A stretch of DNA of 64,000 bases. Origin: Vicinamibacterales bacterium. GTDB lineage: Bacteria > Acidobacteriota > Vicinamibacteria > Vicinamibacterales > SCN-69-37. Below are positions 1 through 8,868 of this stretch, in pieces. A program made the translations under genes and the position numbers. The DNA lies in the NCBI GenBank assembly GCA_036675475.1, contig JAKFEY010000002.1, positions 4,459 to 68,458 of the forward strand, written 5' to 3'. The notes under the pieces were generated by a model, which was given only the letters and a program-made list of their open reading frames with translations, was not told the DNA's origin and did no database searches. The stretch's first letter is position 1, and every line of letters begins with the position of its first letter.

Positions 1-331
1 GCGCGTGGCGCCGCACCAGGGCTTCCGGCGCGACGGCCTCGATCTGCACCTCACGGTGCCGATCGGCGTGCACGAGGCAGCGCTGGGCGCGCGCGTCGAG
101 GTGCCGGCGCTCGACGGCACCGCGCGTTTGCGCGTGCCGGCGGGCACCCAGACAGGGCAGCGGTTCCGGTTGCGCGGCCGGGGCATCCCGTCGGCCACCG
201 GCGAGTCGGGGGATCTGGTGATTGAAGTGAAGCTCGTGCTGCCGCCCGCGCTCGATGAGCGATCGAAGAGCCTGCTCGAGGAGTTCGGGCGGCTCAATCC
301 CGCGGACGTGCGGAAGGACCTGTTCGCATGA
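1..331 (+). CDS. dnaJ: DnaJ/CbpA-family chaperone, C-terminal part (truncated by window edge)
   Basis: FRRDGLDL..VPI..HEAALG..VEVP.LDG...VPAGTQ.GQRFRLRGRG..GDL motif of the DnaJ C-terminal domain; followed by hspR. Confidence 0.85.
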   Translation, partial: RVAPHQGFRRDGLDLHLTVPIGVHEAALGARVEVPALDGTARLRVPAGTQTGQRFRLRGRGIPSATGESGDLVIEVKLVLPPALDERSKSLLEEFGRLNPADVRKDLFA

Positions 332-753
332 GCGACAGATCGCAGCGCGCGGGCAAGGCGTACTACATGATCAGCGTGGTGGCGCAGAAGTACAACATCC
401 ACCCGCAGACGCTCCGCCTCTACGAACGGGAAGGCCTGCTCAAGCCGTCGCGCACCGACGGCAACACGCGCCTGTACTCCGACGAGGATCTCGAACAGCT
501 CGAAACCATTCTCTCGCTCACGCGCGATCTCGGCGTGAACCTCGCGGGCGTGGAAATCATTCTCAACATGCGCCGCAAGATCGAGCGGATGCAGGGCGAA
601 GTCAACGAGTTCATGGACTACGTGCGCCGCGAGCTGTCGCGCGGCCTCGGCGACTGGGAGCAGCGCCTCAACACCGCCATCGTCAAGTCGCGTCCGGCCG
701 ATCTCGTCAAGCGCGAGGCGCCGCCGAAAGTCGAGAAGAGCGATCCGCGGTAG
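328..753 (+). CDS. hspR: MerR-family heat-shock repressor HspR
   Basis: YMISVVA..IHPQTLRLYER.GLL.PSRT.GNTRLYS...GVNLAGV signature; ATGA overlap with dnaJ. Confidence 0.9.
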   Translation: MSDRSQRAGKAYYMISVVAQKYNIHPQTLRLYEREGLLKPSRTDGNTRLYSDEDLEQLETILSLTRDLGVNLAGVEIILNMRRKIERMQGEVNEFMDYVRRELSRGLGDWEQRLNTAIVKSRPADLVKREAPPKVEKSDPR

Positions 754-760
754 ATCGTTT

Positions 761-1645
761 ATGATCGGGCGCGTGGCGTGCCCGATTTGCGACGACACTG
801 GCTGGAAGGCGCTCGAGGTCAAGGGTGTTCGGCGAGTCGTCAGATGTGATTGCTGGAAGTCGGCGGTAGCCGGCACGCTGCTCGCCGACGCGCGCATTCC
901 TTCCCGCTACAACAAGTGCGACTTCACGACGTTTGAAACCAACTTCGACAGCCACCGCGACGCCCACCGGCGTGCCGTCGAGTTCGCTGAGCGCTTTCCC
1001 GTCGTGGATCGGGGGTTATTGTTCTACGGCCCCCCCGGCGTCGGTAAGACGCACCTCGCGACCGCCATTCTCAAGGACGTCATCAGGACCAAGAACGCGC
1101 GCGGCAAGTTCTACGAGACGAGCGAGCTGCTGCGGCTGCTGCGCGAAACCTACGGCACCGGCACGCGCGTCAACGAGATGGACATCCTGCGGCCCGTCAT
1201 GGAAGCCGACCTGCTCGTCTTGGACGATCTCGGACAGGAAAAGACTTCCGACTGGGTGCAGGAGACCCTGGGGCTCGTCATCAATACGCGCTATGCCAGC
1301 CGCCGTCCGCTGATTATCACGACCAATCTGGACGACGGCCCCGACACGACGGACCCCAACTCGTTCGTTTATCGAATCGGACTGCGCAACAGGTCTCGTT
1401 TGAAAGAGATGTGCGATTGGGTGCAGATGTCCGGACACGACGTCCGTGAGATTGGCCCGCATCCGACAGCCGATGAGCTCGCGCGCTATCAGATGCGCTC
1501 GCCAGGCGGCCAGCCCGCGTCCGGCCGCAAGCCGTCGATGAAAGTGCAGGACGTCAAGCCGCGCGGCCAGCTCAAGTCACGCATCCCCACCGACAAGGAC
1601 CCACGCACCGAGTTAAAGTGGACGGGTGGGAAGGCCGGCACATAG
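761..1645 (+). CDS. DnaC/IstB-like AAA+ ATPase with N-terminal Cys (Zn) motif
   Basis: CPIC...CDC, Walker A GPPGVGKT, Walker B LLVLDDLG, ITTN, RSRL. Confidence 0.85.
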   Translation: MIGRVACPICDDTGWKALEVKGVRRVVRCDCWKSAVAGTLLADARIPSRYNKCDFTTFETNFDSHRDAHRRAVEFAERFPVVDRGLLFYGPPGVGKTHLATAILKDVIRTKNARGKFYETSELLRLLRETYGTGTRVNEMDILRPVMEADLLVLDDLGQEKTSDWVQETLGLVINTRYASRRPLIITTNLDDGPDTTDPNSFVYRIGLRNRSRLKEMCDWVQMSGHDVREIGPHPTADELARYQMRSPGGQPASGRKPSMKVQDVKPRGQLKSRIPTDKDPRTELKWTGGKAGT

Positions 1646-2879
1646 ATCACCAGATCACCAGATCACCAGATCGCCAGATCCCGCGGGCCTCTATCTTCAC
1701 ATCCCGTTCTGCGCCTCCATCTGCAACTACTGCAACTTCAATCGCGGGCTGCTCGATGAGGGCCTGAAGCGGGCGTACGTCTCGGCCCTCGAGCGCGAGG
1801 TCGCGCTGCGCGGACAAGGACGCGAGGGAGCGGAGCGGGGCATGGGGGCCCCGCGAGTAACCGAGCCAGGCGGGGTGCAGGGGTCCCCGCCGGAAAGCAT
1901 CGACACCATTTATTTCGGCGGCGGCACGCCGTCGCTGCTGTCGCCCGGCGAGGCGTCGCGGCTCATCCAGGCCTGCCGCGGCGCGTTCGACATCCGTTCC
2001 GATGTCGAAGTGACCTTCGAGGTCAATCCCGAAACCGTGGACCGCGCCAAGCTCGCCGCGTTTCGCGAGGCCGGCGTCAATCGCCTCAGCTTCGGCGTGC
2101 AGTCGTTCGACGATGAGGAATTGCAGCGCCTCGATCGGCGGCACGACGCGGCGCGCGCGCGCGCCGCGATGGCCGATGCCCGCGCGGCCGGCTTCGACAA
2201 CGTCAGCCTGGATCTGATGATGTGGCTGCCGGGTCAAACCATCGAGCGCTGGCGCGCGAACGTCGACGCGCTGATTGCGCTCGAGCCCGAACATGCATCG
2301 CTCTATCTGCTCGAGATCTATCCGAACGCGCCGTTGAAAGACGCGATGGCGCGCGCGGCCTGGTCGCGCGCGCCTGACGATGATGCGGCGGAGATGTATG
2401 AGCAGGCGATGGCCATGCTCGAGCTCGCGGGATACGAGCAGTACGAAATTTCAAATGTGGCGAGGCCCGGCCGCGAGTCGCGGCACAACGTCAAATATTG
2501 GACAGGGGGCGCGTGGCACGGGCTCGGCGCCGGCGCCCATGGCACGGTGGGCACGCGGCGCTGGCGGAACATCGCCGACACCCGCGCGTTCATTTCGGCG
2601 GTCGATCGCGGCCTTCTGCCCGAGGCCGAAACGGCCGCGCTCACGCGCGACGAGCAACTGCAGGAGGCCCTGTTCATGGGGCTGCGGCTGTCGCGCGGCA
2701 TCGACCTCGCGGAACTTGGCGCCGCGTTTGGTGTCGATCTTCGGGCCCGCTTTGGCGCGCGGCTCGAACCCTGTGTCGAAGCCGGCCTGATTGACCGGTT
2801 CCGCTATGATGCGGGGCGCCTCAGCCTGACCCGCCGGGGGCAGTTGCTGGCCAACGAGGTGCTGGCACTGTTCGTGTAA
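1626..2879 (+). CDS. hemW: Radical SAM heme chaperone HemW (HemN-like); start uncertain
   Basis: LYLHIPFCASICNYCNF, YFGGGTPS, RLSFGVQSF, YEISN, HN.KYW. Confidence 0.9.
   Translation: MGRPAHRSPDHQITRSPDPAGLYLHIPFCASICNYCNFNRGLLDEGLKRAYVSALEREVALRGQGREGAERGMGAPRVTEPGGVQGSPPESIDTIYFGGGTPSLLSPGEASRLIQACRGAFDIRSDVEVTFEVNPETVDRAKLAAFREAGVNRLSFGVQSFDDEELQRLDRRHDAARARAAMADARAAGFDNVSLDLMMWLPGQTIERWRANVDALIALEPEHASLYLLEIYPNAPLKDAMARAAWSRAPDDDAAEMYEQAMAMLELAGYEQYEISNVARPGRESRHNVKYWTGGAWHGLGAGAHGTVGTRRWRNIADTRAFISAVDRGLLPEAETAALTRDEQLQEALFMGLRLSRGIDLAELGAAFGVDLRARFGARLEPCVEAGLIDRFRYDAGRLSLTRRGQLLANEVLALFV
1644..1680. repeat. Octamer tandem array (AGATCACC) x about 4.5
   Basis: agatcacc agatcacc agatcacc agatcgcc agatc, read directly. 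Confidence 0.9.
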
Positions 2880-2921
2880 ACTATCGGTTCGCCTCGTCGC
2901 TATTGTTGTCCGCAGGAGGAG

Positions 2922-3428
2922 ATGTTGATGCGTTCGTTCGTGACGTTGCCGGTGACCCGGCTCATGATGGCCCTGGTGGCGGTGCTCGCGGTGTCGACCG
3001 TGGCGTCGGCGCAGGATCCGCAGACCCCGCCGCCGGCCGCAGCGCCGGCGCCCGCCGCCCAGCCCGACCAGCTGAAGTTCACGACGCCCACGGCGATCGT
3101 GTTCAATCTGATCAAGGCGGACAAGACGGCCGACTTCGAGGCCGTGTGGACCGAGATCAAGGCGGGCCTCGCGAAGAGCGCGAAACCCGAGCTGCAGCAG
3201 CAGGCCGCGAGCCTCAAGATGTACAAGCTCGCGCTGGAGCTGCCCGCCGGCCAGAATCCGATCTACGTGTTCTATATCGATCCGGTGCCGAACGCGACGT
3301 TCGACCCCACCAAGATCCTTTTCGAATCCGGCGCGTTCGAGCGGCCCAAGGCCGACGAGCTCTACGCCAAGTTGAAGGACTGCTACGCGCAGATCCAGCC
3401 GTGGCCGCTCGTCGCCTTCGGCGGCTAG
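2922..3428 (+). CDS. Secreted hypothetical protein (paralog 1)
   Basis: AGGAGGAG RBS, signal peptide ending ASA-Q, Pro/Ala linker; similar to the next gene. Confidence 0.75.
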   Translation: MLMRSFVTLPVTRLMMALVAVLAVSTVASAQDPQTPPPAAAPAPAAQPDQLKFTTPTAIVFNLIKADKTADFEAVWTEIKAGLAKSAKPELQQQAASLKMYKLALELPAGQNPIYVFYIDPVPNATFDPTKILFESGAFERPKADELYAKLKDCYAQIQPWPLVAFGG

Positions 3429-3459
3429 CCAAACTGCAGTGAGGACAACAGGTACTTCT

Positions 3460-3990
3460 ATGTCGAACCGAATCATCATCAGTGCACTCAGCGCGTCGAT
3501 CCTGCTCGGAACGGCCGCCGCCGCCCAGGCGCAGACGCAGCAGACGCCGCCGCCGACCACGCCGCCGGCGCAGCAGCCTGCCGCCCCCGCGCAGCCGACC
3601 GAGCCCGCGCTCGGCTTTACGAGCGATGCCGGCATGATCTTCAACGTCATCAAGGCGGCCGGCACGGCCGACTTCGAGATGGTGCTTGGCCGTCTGCGCG
3701 AGGCGCTGCAGAAGAGCGAGAACCCCGCCCGCAAGCAGCAGGCCGCCAGCTGGAAGGTGTACAAGTCCACCGACCCGTCAGCCGACGGCAACGTGCTCTA
3801 CATCTTCATGTTCGATAACGCCGTGAAGGGCGCCGACTACGACCCCGTCAAGATTCTCTCGGAGGCGTTCCCGACCGAGGTCAACGACCTCTACGAGAAG
3901 CTGAAGGCCGCGTACGCGACCATGAACAAGGCGGGCCTCGCCAAGATCATGGACATGAGCGCGATGGGCATGAAAGAAATTCAGAATTAG
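3460..3990 (+). CDS. Secreted hypothetical protein (paralog 2)
   Basis: Signal peptide ending AQA-Q; shares FN.IKA..TADFE, QQAAS.K.YK, DP.KIL.E and LY.KLK with the previous gene. Confidence 0.75.
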   Translation: MSNRIIISALSASILLGTAAAAQAQTQQTPPPTTPPAQQPAAPAQPTEPALGFTSDAGMIFNVIKAAGTADFEMVLGRLREALQKSENPARKQQAASWKVYKSTDPSADGNVLYIFMFDNAVKGADYDPVKILSEAFPTEVNDLYEKLKAAYATMNKAGLAKIMDMSAMGMKEIQN

Positions 3991-4097
3991 TGAGTTAAGA
4001 ATTAAGAATTGGTTCGCGAACGGGGGCGGCCTTACGGCTTGCCCCCGTTTTCGTTTAACACGCAACTCTTAACTCTTAACTCACCAACTCAGAATTT
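3977..4097. repeat. Inverted heptamer arms (GAGTTAA/GAATTAA vs AACTCTT) enclosing a terminator hairpin
   Basis: 3977-4010 is a near reverse complement of 4064-4097. Confidence 0.85.
4019..4056 (+). terminator. Intrinsic terminator-like hairpin between convergent genes
   Basis: aacgggggc...gcccccgtt followed by a T-rich tract. Confidence 0.7.
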
Positions 4098-4562
4098 CAG
4101 GTTTAGGCCCGCGTAGAAACGCTGAACGGTGGGGTGCAGCGGTTCGCCGCGCAGGTTGAAGATGCGGTAGTCCAGGCGCGCGCGGACGGGGCCGAGCAGG
4201 CCGAACTTCACGCCGCCGCCGATGTTGGTGCCGACGTTGGTTTCCTGCGCGTCGCCCAGCCGCTCGCGATACGCGCCGGCGCCCGCGGTCGCATAGAACT
4301 GCAGGCGGCTGAAGGGCGTCTGCACCAGAATGTTGCCCATGCCGGTCGTGAGCGACGGCCGCGCCTTCAGGGCATCCTCCGCCGAGTTCGCGTACTCGAA
4401 CTCGAAGGCGACCACCAGCAGCCCGATGCCGGCCGAGAACCCGCGCGTCATGTGGGCGTCCGGCTTGTTCAGAAAACCGAGAAACAGCGTCGCGTCGGCA
4501 AACGCCGGCGCCGGCACCGCGATGAGTCCTGCCACGAGCGCCGCACGAAGAAGTCTGCGCAT
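4089..4562 (-). CDS. Small outer-membrane beta-barrel protein
   Basis: Signal peptide ending AFA-D, alternating beta-strand pattern, C-terminal Phe (GLNLKF). Confidence 0.75.
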   Translation of the reverse strand: MRRLLRAALVAGLIAVPAPAFADATLFLGFLNKPDAHMTRGFSAGIGLLVVAFEFEYANSAEDALKARPSLTTGMGNILVQTPFSRLQFYATAGAGAYRERLGDAQETNVGTNIGGGVKFGLLGPVRARLDYRIFNLRGEPLHPTVQRFYAGLNLKF

Positions 4563-4585
4563 GGGCACAGGATACAATGCGTTCA
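4563..4585. promoter_or_regulatory. Overlapping divergent -10 elements (TATCCT on -, TACAAT on +)
   Basis: Each hexamer lies 6-7 nt from a start codon; no SD on either side. Confidence 0.6.
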
Positions 4586-5728
4586 GTGGATTTTCGCGTG
4601 TCAGACGAGCAGGCGCTGCTGCGGCGCACGGTGCGTGAGTTCGCCGAGGCCGAGATCCGGCCGCACGTCATGGAGTGGGACGAGGCGCAGCAGTTTCCCG
4701 CCTCGCTGCTGCCGAAGCTGGCCTCCCTCGGCCTGATGGGCATCCAGTTTCCCGAGGAGTTCGGCGGGGCCGGCATGTCGGCGCTCGACTACTGCATCTG
4801 CATCGAGGAGCTCGCGCGCGTCTGCCCCTCGATCGCGCTCAGCGTCGCGGCGCACAACGGCCTCTGCTCCGCGCACCTCTTCATGTTCGGCTCCGAGGAC
4901 CAGAAACGGAAATATGTCGTGCCGCTGGCCGAGGGCAGGCACCTCGGCGCGTGGGGCCTGACCGAATCGGGCGCCGGCTCCGACGCCGCCGGCATGCGCA
5001 CGGCCGCGCGCCGCGATGGCCGCGACTGGGTGATCGACGGATCCAAACAATTCATCACGCACGGCGCCACCGGCGGCGTGATGGTGGTGATGGCCGTCAC
5101 CGATCGCGCGAAGGGGCATCGCGGCATCTCGGCGTTCGTGGTGGAGCAGGGCACGCCGGGCATGCGCCCGGGCAAGAAGGAAAACAAGCTCGGGATGCGC
5201 GCGAGCGAAACCAGCGAAGTGATCTTCGAGGGGTGCCGCGTGCCGGCGAGCGCGATGGTGGGCGACGAGGGACAGGGCTTCATCAACACGCTGCAGGTGC
5301 TCGACGCCGGCCGCATCGGCATCGCGGCGCTCTCGGTGGGTCTTGCGCAGGGCGCCTACGACGCGGCGCGCGGCTACGCGAAAGAGCGCCGCCAGTTTGG
5401 CCAGCCCATCGCCACGTTCCAGGCCGTGCAGTGGAAGCTGGCCGACAACGCCAGCCGCATCGAAGCCGCGCGCCTGCTCACGTACCGCGCCGCGTGGATG
5501 AAGGACCAGGGCGCCCGCACGACGCGCGAATCGGCCATGGCCAAGCTGTACGCCAGCGAAATCGCCGTGCGCGCGGCCGAAGACGCCGTGCAGATTTTCG
5601 GCGGCTACGGCTTCGTGAAGGATTACCCGGCCGAGAAATATTTCCGCGACGTCAAACTCACCACCATCGGCGAAGGCACGAGCGAGATTCAGCGCCTCGT
5701 GATCGCGCGCCAGCTGCTGGCCGGATGA
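4586..5728 (+). CDS. Acyl-CoA dehydrogenase
   Basis: [45 protein letters not shown]; GTG 4586 preferred over ATG 4577. Confidence 0.93.
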   Translation: MDFRVSDEQALLRRTVREFAEAEIRPHVMEWDEAQQFPASLLPKLASLGLMGIQFPEEFGGAGMSALDYCICIEELARVCPSIALSVAAHNGLCSAHLFMFGSEDQKRKYVVPLAEGRHLGAWGLTESGAGSDAAGMRTAARRDGRDWVIDGSKQFITHGATGGVMVVMAVTDRAKGHRGISAFVVEQGTPGMRPGKKENKLGMRASETSEVIFEGCRVPASAMVGDEGQGFINTLQVLDAGRIGIAALSVGLAQGAYDAARGYAKERRQFGQPIATFQAVQWKLADNASRIEAARLLTYRAAWMKDQGARTTRESAMAKLYASEIAVRAAEDAVQIFGGYGFVKDYPAEKYFRDVKLTTIGEGTSEIQRLVIARQLLAG

Positions 5729-7095
5729 CATTATCCGAGCGCGTCCTCGCCGGCGACGTGCGTGCCGTGGCGCGCGCCATCTCGCTCATCGAAAACGAGG
5801 CGCCCGAAGGCGCCGCGCTCATCGGCCGCGTCTTCGCGAAGACCGGCCGCGCTTATCTCATTGGCGTCACCGGCCCGCCCGGCGCGGGCAAGAGCACGCT
5901 GGTCGATCGCCTCACGACCGAATACCGCATCGCCGGGCACAAAGTCGGCATCATCGCGGTCGATCCGACCAGCCCCTACAGCGGCGGCGCCATCCTTGGC
6001 GATCGCGTCCGCATGCAGGCGCACGCGGGCGATGACGGCGTGTTCATCCGCAGCATGGCCACGCGCGGCAATCTCGGCGGCCTCAGCCGCGCCACCGCCG
6101 AAGCCGCCCTCGTCCTCGACGCCGCCGGCTTCGACATCGTCATCATCGAAACGGTGGGCGTGGGGCAGGACGAGGTCGACATCGTGCGCACCGCGGATGT
6201 GTCGATCGTCACGGTCGTGCCGGGGACGGGCGACGAGGTGCAGGCGCTGAAGGCCGGCATCATGGAAATTGCCGACATCTTCGTAGTCAACAAGGCCGAC
6301 CGCGAGGGCGCGGATCGCACCGCGGCGTCGGTGGAAGGCATGCTGGCGCTGCAGATGTGGGAGCCCGGCACGTGGCGGCCGCCCATCATGAAGACCGAAG
6401 CGACCACCGGCAAGGGCGTGCCGGAGCTGGTGGCGTCGATCGGCAGGTTCCGCGAGCACACGAAAGAGGAAGTCGGCCAGCGCCGGCGGACGCGCGCGGA
6501 GTTCCGGCTGCGCGAGCTGCTCGGCCGCGCGTTCATGCGGCATCTCGAGAAGGACGTGCTCGGCGAAGGCGAGTTCGAGCGCGAGCTGGGACGCATCGCG
6601 AAGCGCGAGACCGATCCGTATGCGGTGAGCGAGATGCTGATCGGCCGCGCGCTCGGCGGCCACACCTGGGCGCTCCGCATGGATCATCTCGGCATTGCGG
6701 TGACCGACATCGAGGCGGCGCTCGGCTTCTGGCGCGACGGCCTCGGCCTGAACGTCGAGCCGGCCGAAGACGTCGCGACGCAGCGCGTGCGCGCGCATTT
6801 CCTGCCGGCCGGCGGCGCCGCCATCGAGCTGCTCGAGGCGACATCGGACGATTCGCCCATCGCGAAGTTCGCGGCCAGGCGCGGCCCCGGCCTGCACCAC
6901 GTGACGTTCGAGGTGCCCGACATCGCCGCGTCGCTCGCCAAACTCAAAGCCGCCGGCGTGAAACTGATCGACGAAACCGCGCGCCCCGGCGCGCACGACT
7001 CGCTCGTGGCCTTCATCCACCCCTCGAGCACGCACGGGGTGTTGGTGGAGTTGAAACAGAGAGGCTCCAGGCCCCAGACTCCAGACTCCAGATAG
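5725..7095 (+). CDS. meaB: MeaB (methylmalonyl-CoA mutase GTPase chaperone) fused to methylmalonyl-CoA epimerase
   Basis: [41 protein letters not shown]; then VOC domain DHLGIAV, GPGLHHV.FEV, F.HP..T.GVLVEL. Confidence 0.9.
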   Translation: MTLSERVLAGDVRAVARAISLIENEAPEGAALIGRVFAKTGRAYLIGVTGPPGAGKSTLVDRLTTEYRIAGHKVGIIAVDPTSPYSGGAILGDRVRMQAHAGDDGVFIRSMATRGNLGGLSRATAEAALVLDAAGFDIVIIETVGVGQDEVDIVRTADVSIVTVVPGTGDEVQALKAGIMEIADIFVVNKADREGADRTAASVEGMLALQMWEPGTWRPPIMKTEATTGKGVPELVASIGRFREHTKEEVGQRRRTRAEFRLRELLGRAFMRHLEKDVLGEGEFERELGRIAKRETDPYAVSEMLIGRALGGHTWALRMDHLGIAVTDIEAALGFWRDGLGLNVEPAEDVATQRVRAHFLPAGGAAIELLEATSDDSPIAKFAARRGPGLHHVTFEVPDIAASLAKLKAAGVKLIDETARPGAHDSLVAFIHPSSTHGVLVELKQRGSRPQTPDSR

Positions 7096-7135
7096 CTGGA
7101 GCCTGCTGGAGTCTGAAGCCTGGAGTCTGGAGCCT
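7062..7135. repeat. Inverted heptamer hairpin (CCAGACT / AGTCTGG)
   Basis: aggctccag..ccagactccagactccag ... ctggagtctg..ctggagtctggagcct. Confidence 0.85.
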
Positions 7136-7136
7136 G

Positions 7137-7976
7137 ATGAAATTCGGTTCCCTCGAACTTGTAAGTCTCTCCGACGGCTGGTTCCGCCTCGATGGCGGCG
7201 CCATGTTTGGCGTCGTGCCGAAGCCGTTGTGGCAGAAGCGCGCGCCGTCGGACGATCGCAATCGCATCCGGCTTGGCCTGCGGCCGCTGCTCGTGCGCGG
7301 CGAGAAGCTGATGATCATCGACGGCGGCATCGGCGCGAAGATGAGCGCGAAGGAGACCGACATCTACGGCATCGATCGAAGCGTGACGCTCGACCAGAGC
7401 CTCGCGGCGGCCGGGCATGCGGCGGCCGACATCGAGATTGCGCTCGCCACCCACCTGCACTTCGATCACATCGGCGACTTCGTGGTGCGCGACGAGGATG
7501 GCACGCTGCGGCCGCACTTCGAGAACGCCCGCTACGTCATCAGGCGCGGAGACTGGGACGATGCGACGCATCCGCATGAGCGCAACCGCGCCAGCTATCT
7601 GCCCGACAATTTCCGGCCGCTCGAAGCGGCAGGGCAGATCGAGTTTCATGACGGCGACGTCGAGGTCATGCCCGGCGTGCGCGTGCGGCGCACCGGCGGG
7701 CACTGCATGCATCACGAGGTGGTGTTCATCGAGAGCGGCGGCCGCACGGCGGTCTTCACCGCCGACATGATTCCCACGACGGCGCACATCGACGAGCCGT
7801 GGATCATGGGCTACGACCTCTATCCGATGGACACGCTGGCGTTCAAGCGCGCGTTCGTGCGCGAGGCGATCGAGCGCGAGTATCTGATCCTGTTCGAGCA
7901 CGATCCCGACATTGCGGCCGGCTACATCCGCGAAAAAGACGGCCGGAAGTACGTCGAGCCGGTGCCGGTAAGCTAG
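7137..7976 (+). CDS. MBL-fold metallo-hydrolase (YtnP-like)
   Basis: LDGGAMFGVVPKPLW, THLHFDH.G, MGYDL.P. Confidence 0.88.
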   Translation: MKFGSLELVSLSDGWFRLDGGAMFGVVPKPLWQKRAPSDDRNRIRLGLRPLLVRGEKLMIIDGGIGAKMSAKETDIYGIDRSVTLDQSLAAAGHAAADIEIALATHLHFDHIGDFVVRDEDGTLRPHFENARYVIRRGDWDDATHPHERNRASYLPDNFRPLEAAGQIEFHDGDVEVMPGVRVRRTGGHCMHHEVVFIESGGRTAVFTADMIPTTAHIDEPWIMGYDLYPMDTLAFKRAFVREAIEREYLILFEHDPDIAAGYIREKDGRKYVEPVPVS

Positions 7977-7989
7977 AATTTCTCCGCAC

Positions 7990-8868
7990 ATGTCAGACAT
8001 CCGGATCGGCATCATCGGGGGCAGCGGCCTGTACGACATGGCCGAGCTCACCGATCGCGAAGAGCGCGTGATCAGCACGCCGTTCGGGGAGCCGTCGGGT
8101 CCGTACGTGATCGCCACGCTGCGCGGCCGGCGTGTGGCGTTTCTCGCGCGGCACGGCGCGGGCCACCGGCTGCTGCCGGGCGAGCTGAACTTCCGCGCCA
8201 ACATCTACGGCTTCAAGGTGCTCGGCGTCGAATGGATTCTGTCGGCGAGCGCCGTCGGCAGCCTGCGCGAAGACTACCGCCCGCTCGACATCGTGATTCC
8301 CGATCAGTTCTTCGATCGCACGAAGGGGCGCGTCAGCACGTTCTTCGGGCAGGGCCTGGTGGCGCACGTGGGCTTCGCGCATCCGTTCTGCGAGCCGCTC
8401 AGCGAGATTGCGTACGCCTCGGCGCAGCGCGCGCTCGCCGACGGCACCGGCCCGGCCGTGCACCGGGGCGGCACCTACGTGTGCATGGAAGGGCCGCAGT
8501 TCTCCACGCTCGCCGAATCGAACCTCTACCGCGCGTGGGGGTTCGACATCATCGGCATGACGAACCTGCAGGAGGCCAAGCTCGCGCGCGAAGCCGAGAT
8601 CTGCTACACCACGCTCGCGCTGGTCACCGACTACGACTGCTGGCATCCGGAGCACGACTCGGTGACCGTCGACATGATCATCGCCAACCTCGTGCAGAAC
8701 GCGAAGAACGCGCAGCAGGTGATCGCCAACGCCGTCGAGCGGCTGCCGATCGCGCGCACCTGCGAATGCCACCGCGCCCTCGCGCACGCCATCATCACCA
8801 GGCCCGACGCCGTTCCGGCGTCCGTCAAGCAGGCCCTGGCGCCCCTGGTGGGCAAGTATCTTTTATGA
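7990..8868 (+). CDS. mtnP: S-methyl-5'-thioadenosine phosphorylase
   Basis: IGIIGGSG, FLARHG, EGPQFST.AES, GMTN..EAKLAREAE, TDYDCW. Confidence 0.92.
   Translation: MSDIRIGIIGGSGLYDMAELTDREERVISTPFGEPSGPYVIATLRGRRVAFLARHGAGHRLLPGELNFRANIYGFKVLGVEWILSASAVGSLREDYRPLDIVIPDQFFDRTKGRVSTFFGQGLVAHVGFAHPFCEPLSEIAYASAQRALADGTGPAVHRGGTYVCMEGPQFSTLAESNLYRAWGFDIIGMTNLQEAKLAREAEICYTTLALVTDYDCWHPEHDSVTVDMIIANLVQNAKNAQQVIANAVERLPIARTCECHRALAHAIITRPDAVPASVKQALAPLVGKYLL

Noticed and set aside
1-760. HspR operator (HAIR) site
   Set aside because: No CTTGAGT-N7-ACTCAAG match was seen; the operon promoter lies outside the window
761-1645. IS21 (istB) or prophage replication module
   Set aside because: No istA transposase, terminal repeats or phage genes adjacent
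4675-5724. N-terminal extension making MeaB an 806-aa protein
   Set aside because: Arg/Gly-rich off-frame overlap with the acyl-CoA dehydrogenase; the real start is the ATGA-coupled ATG at 5725
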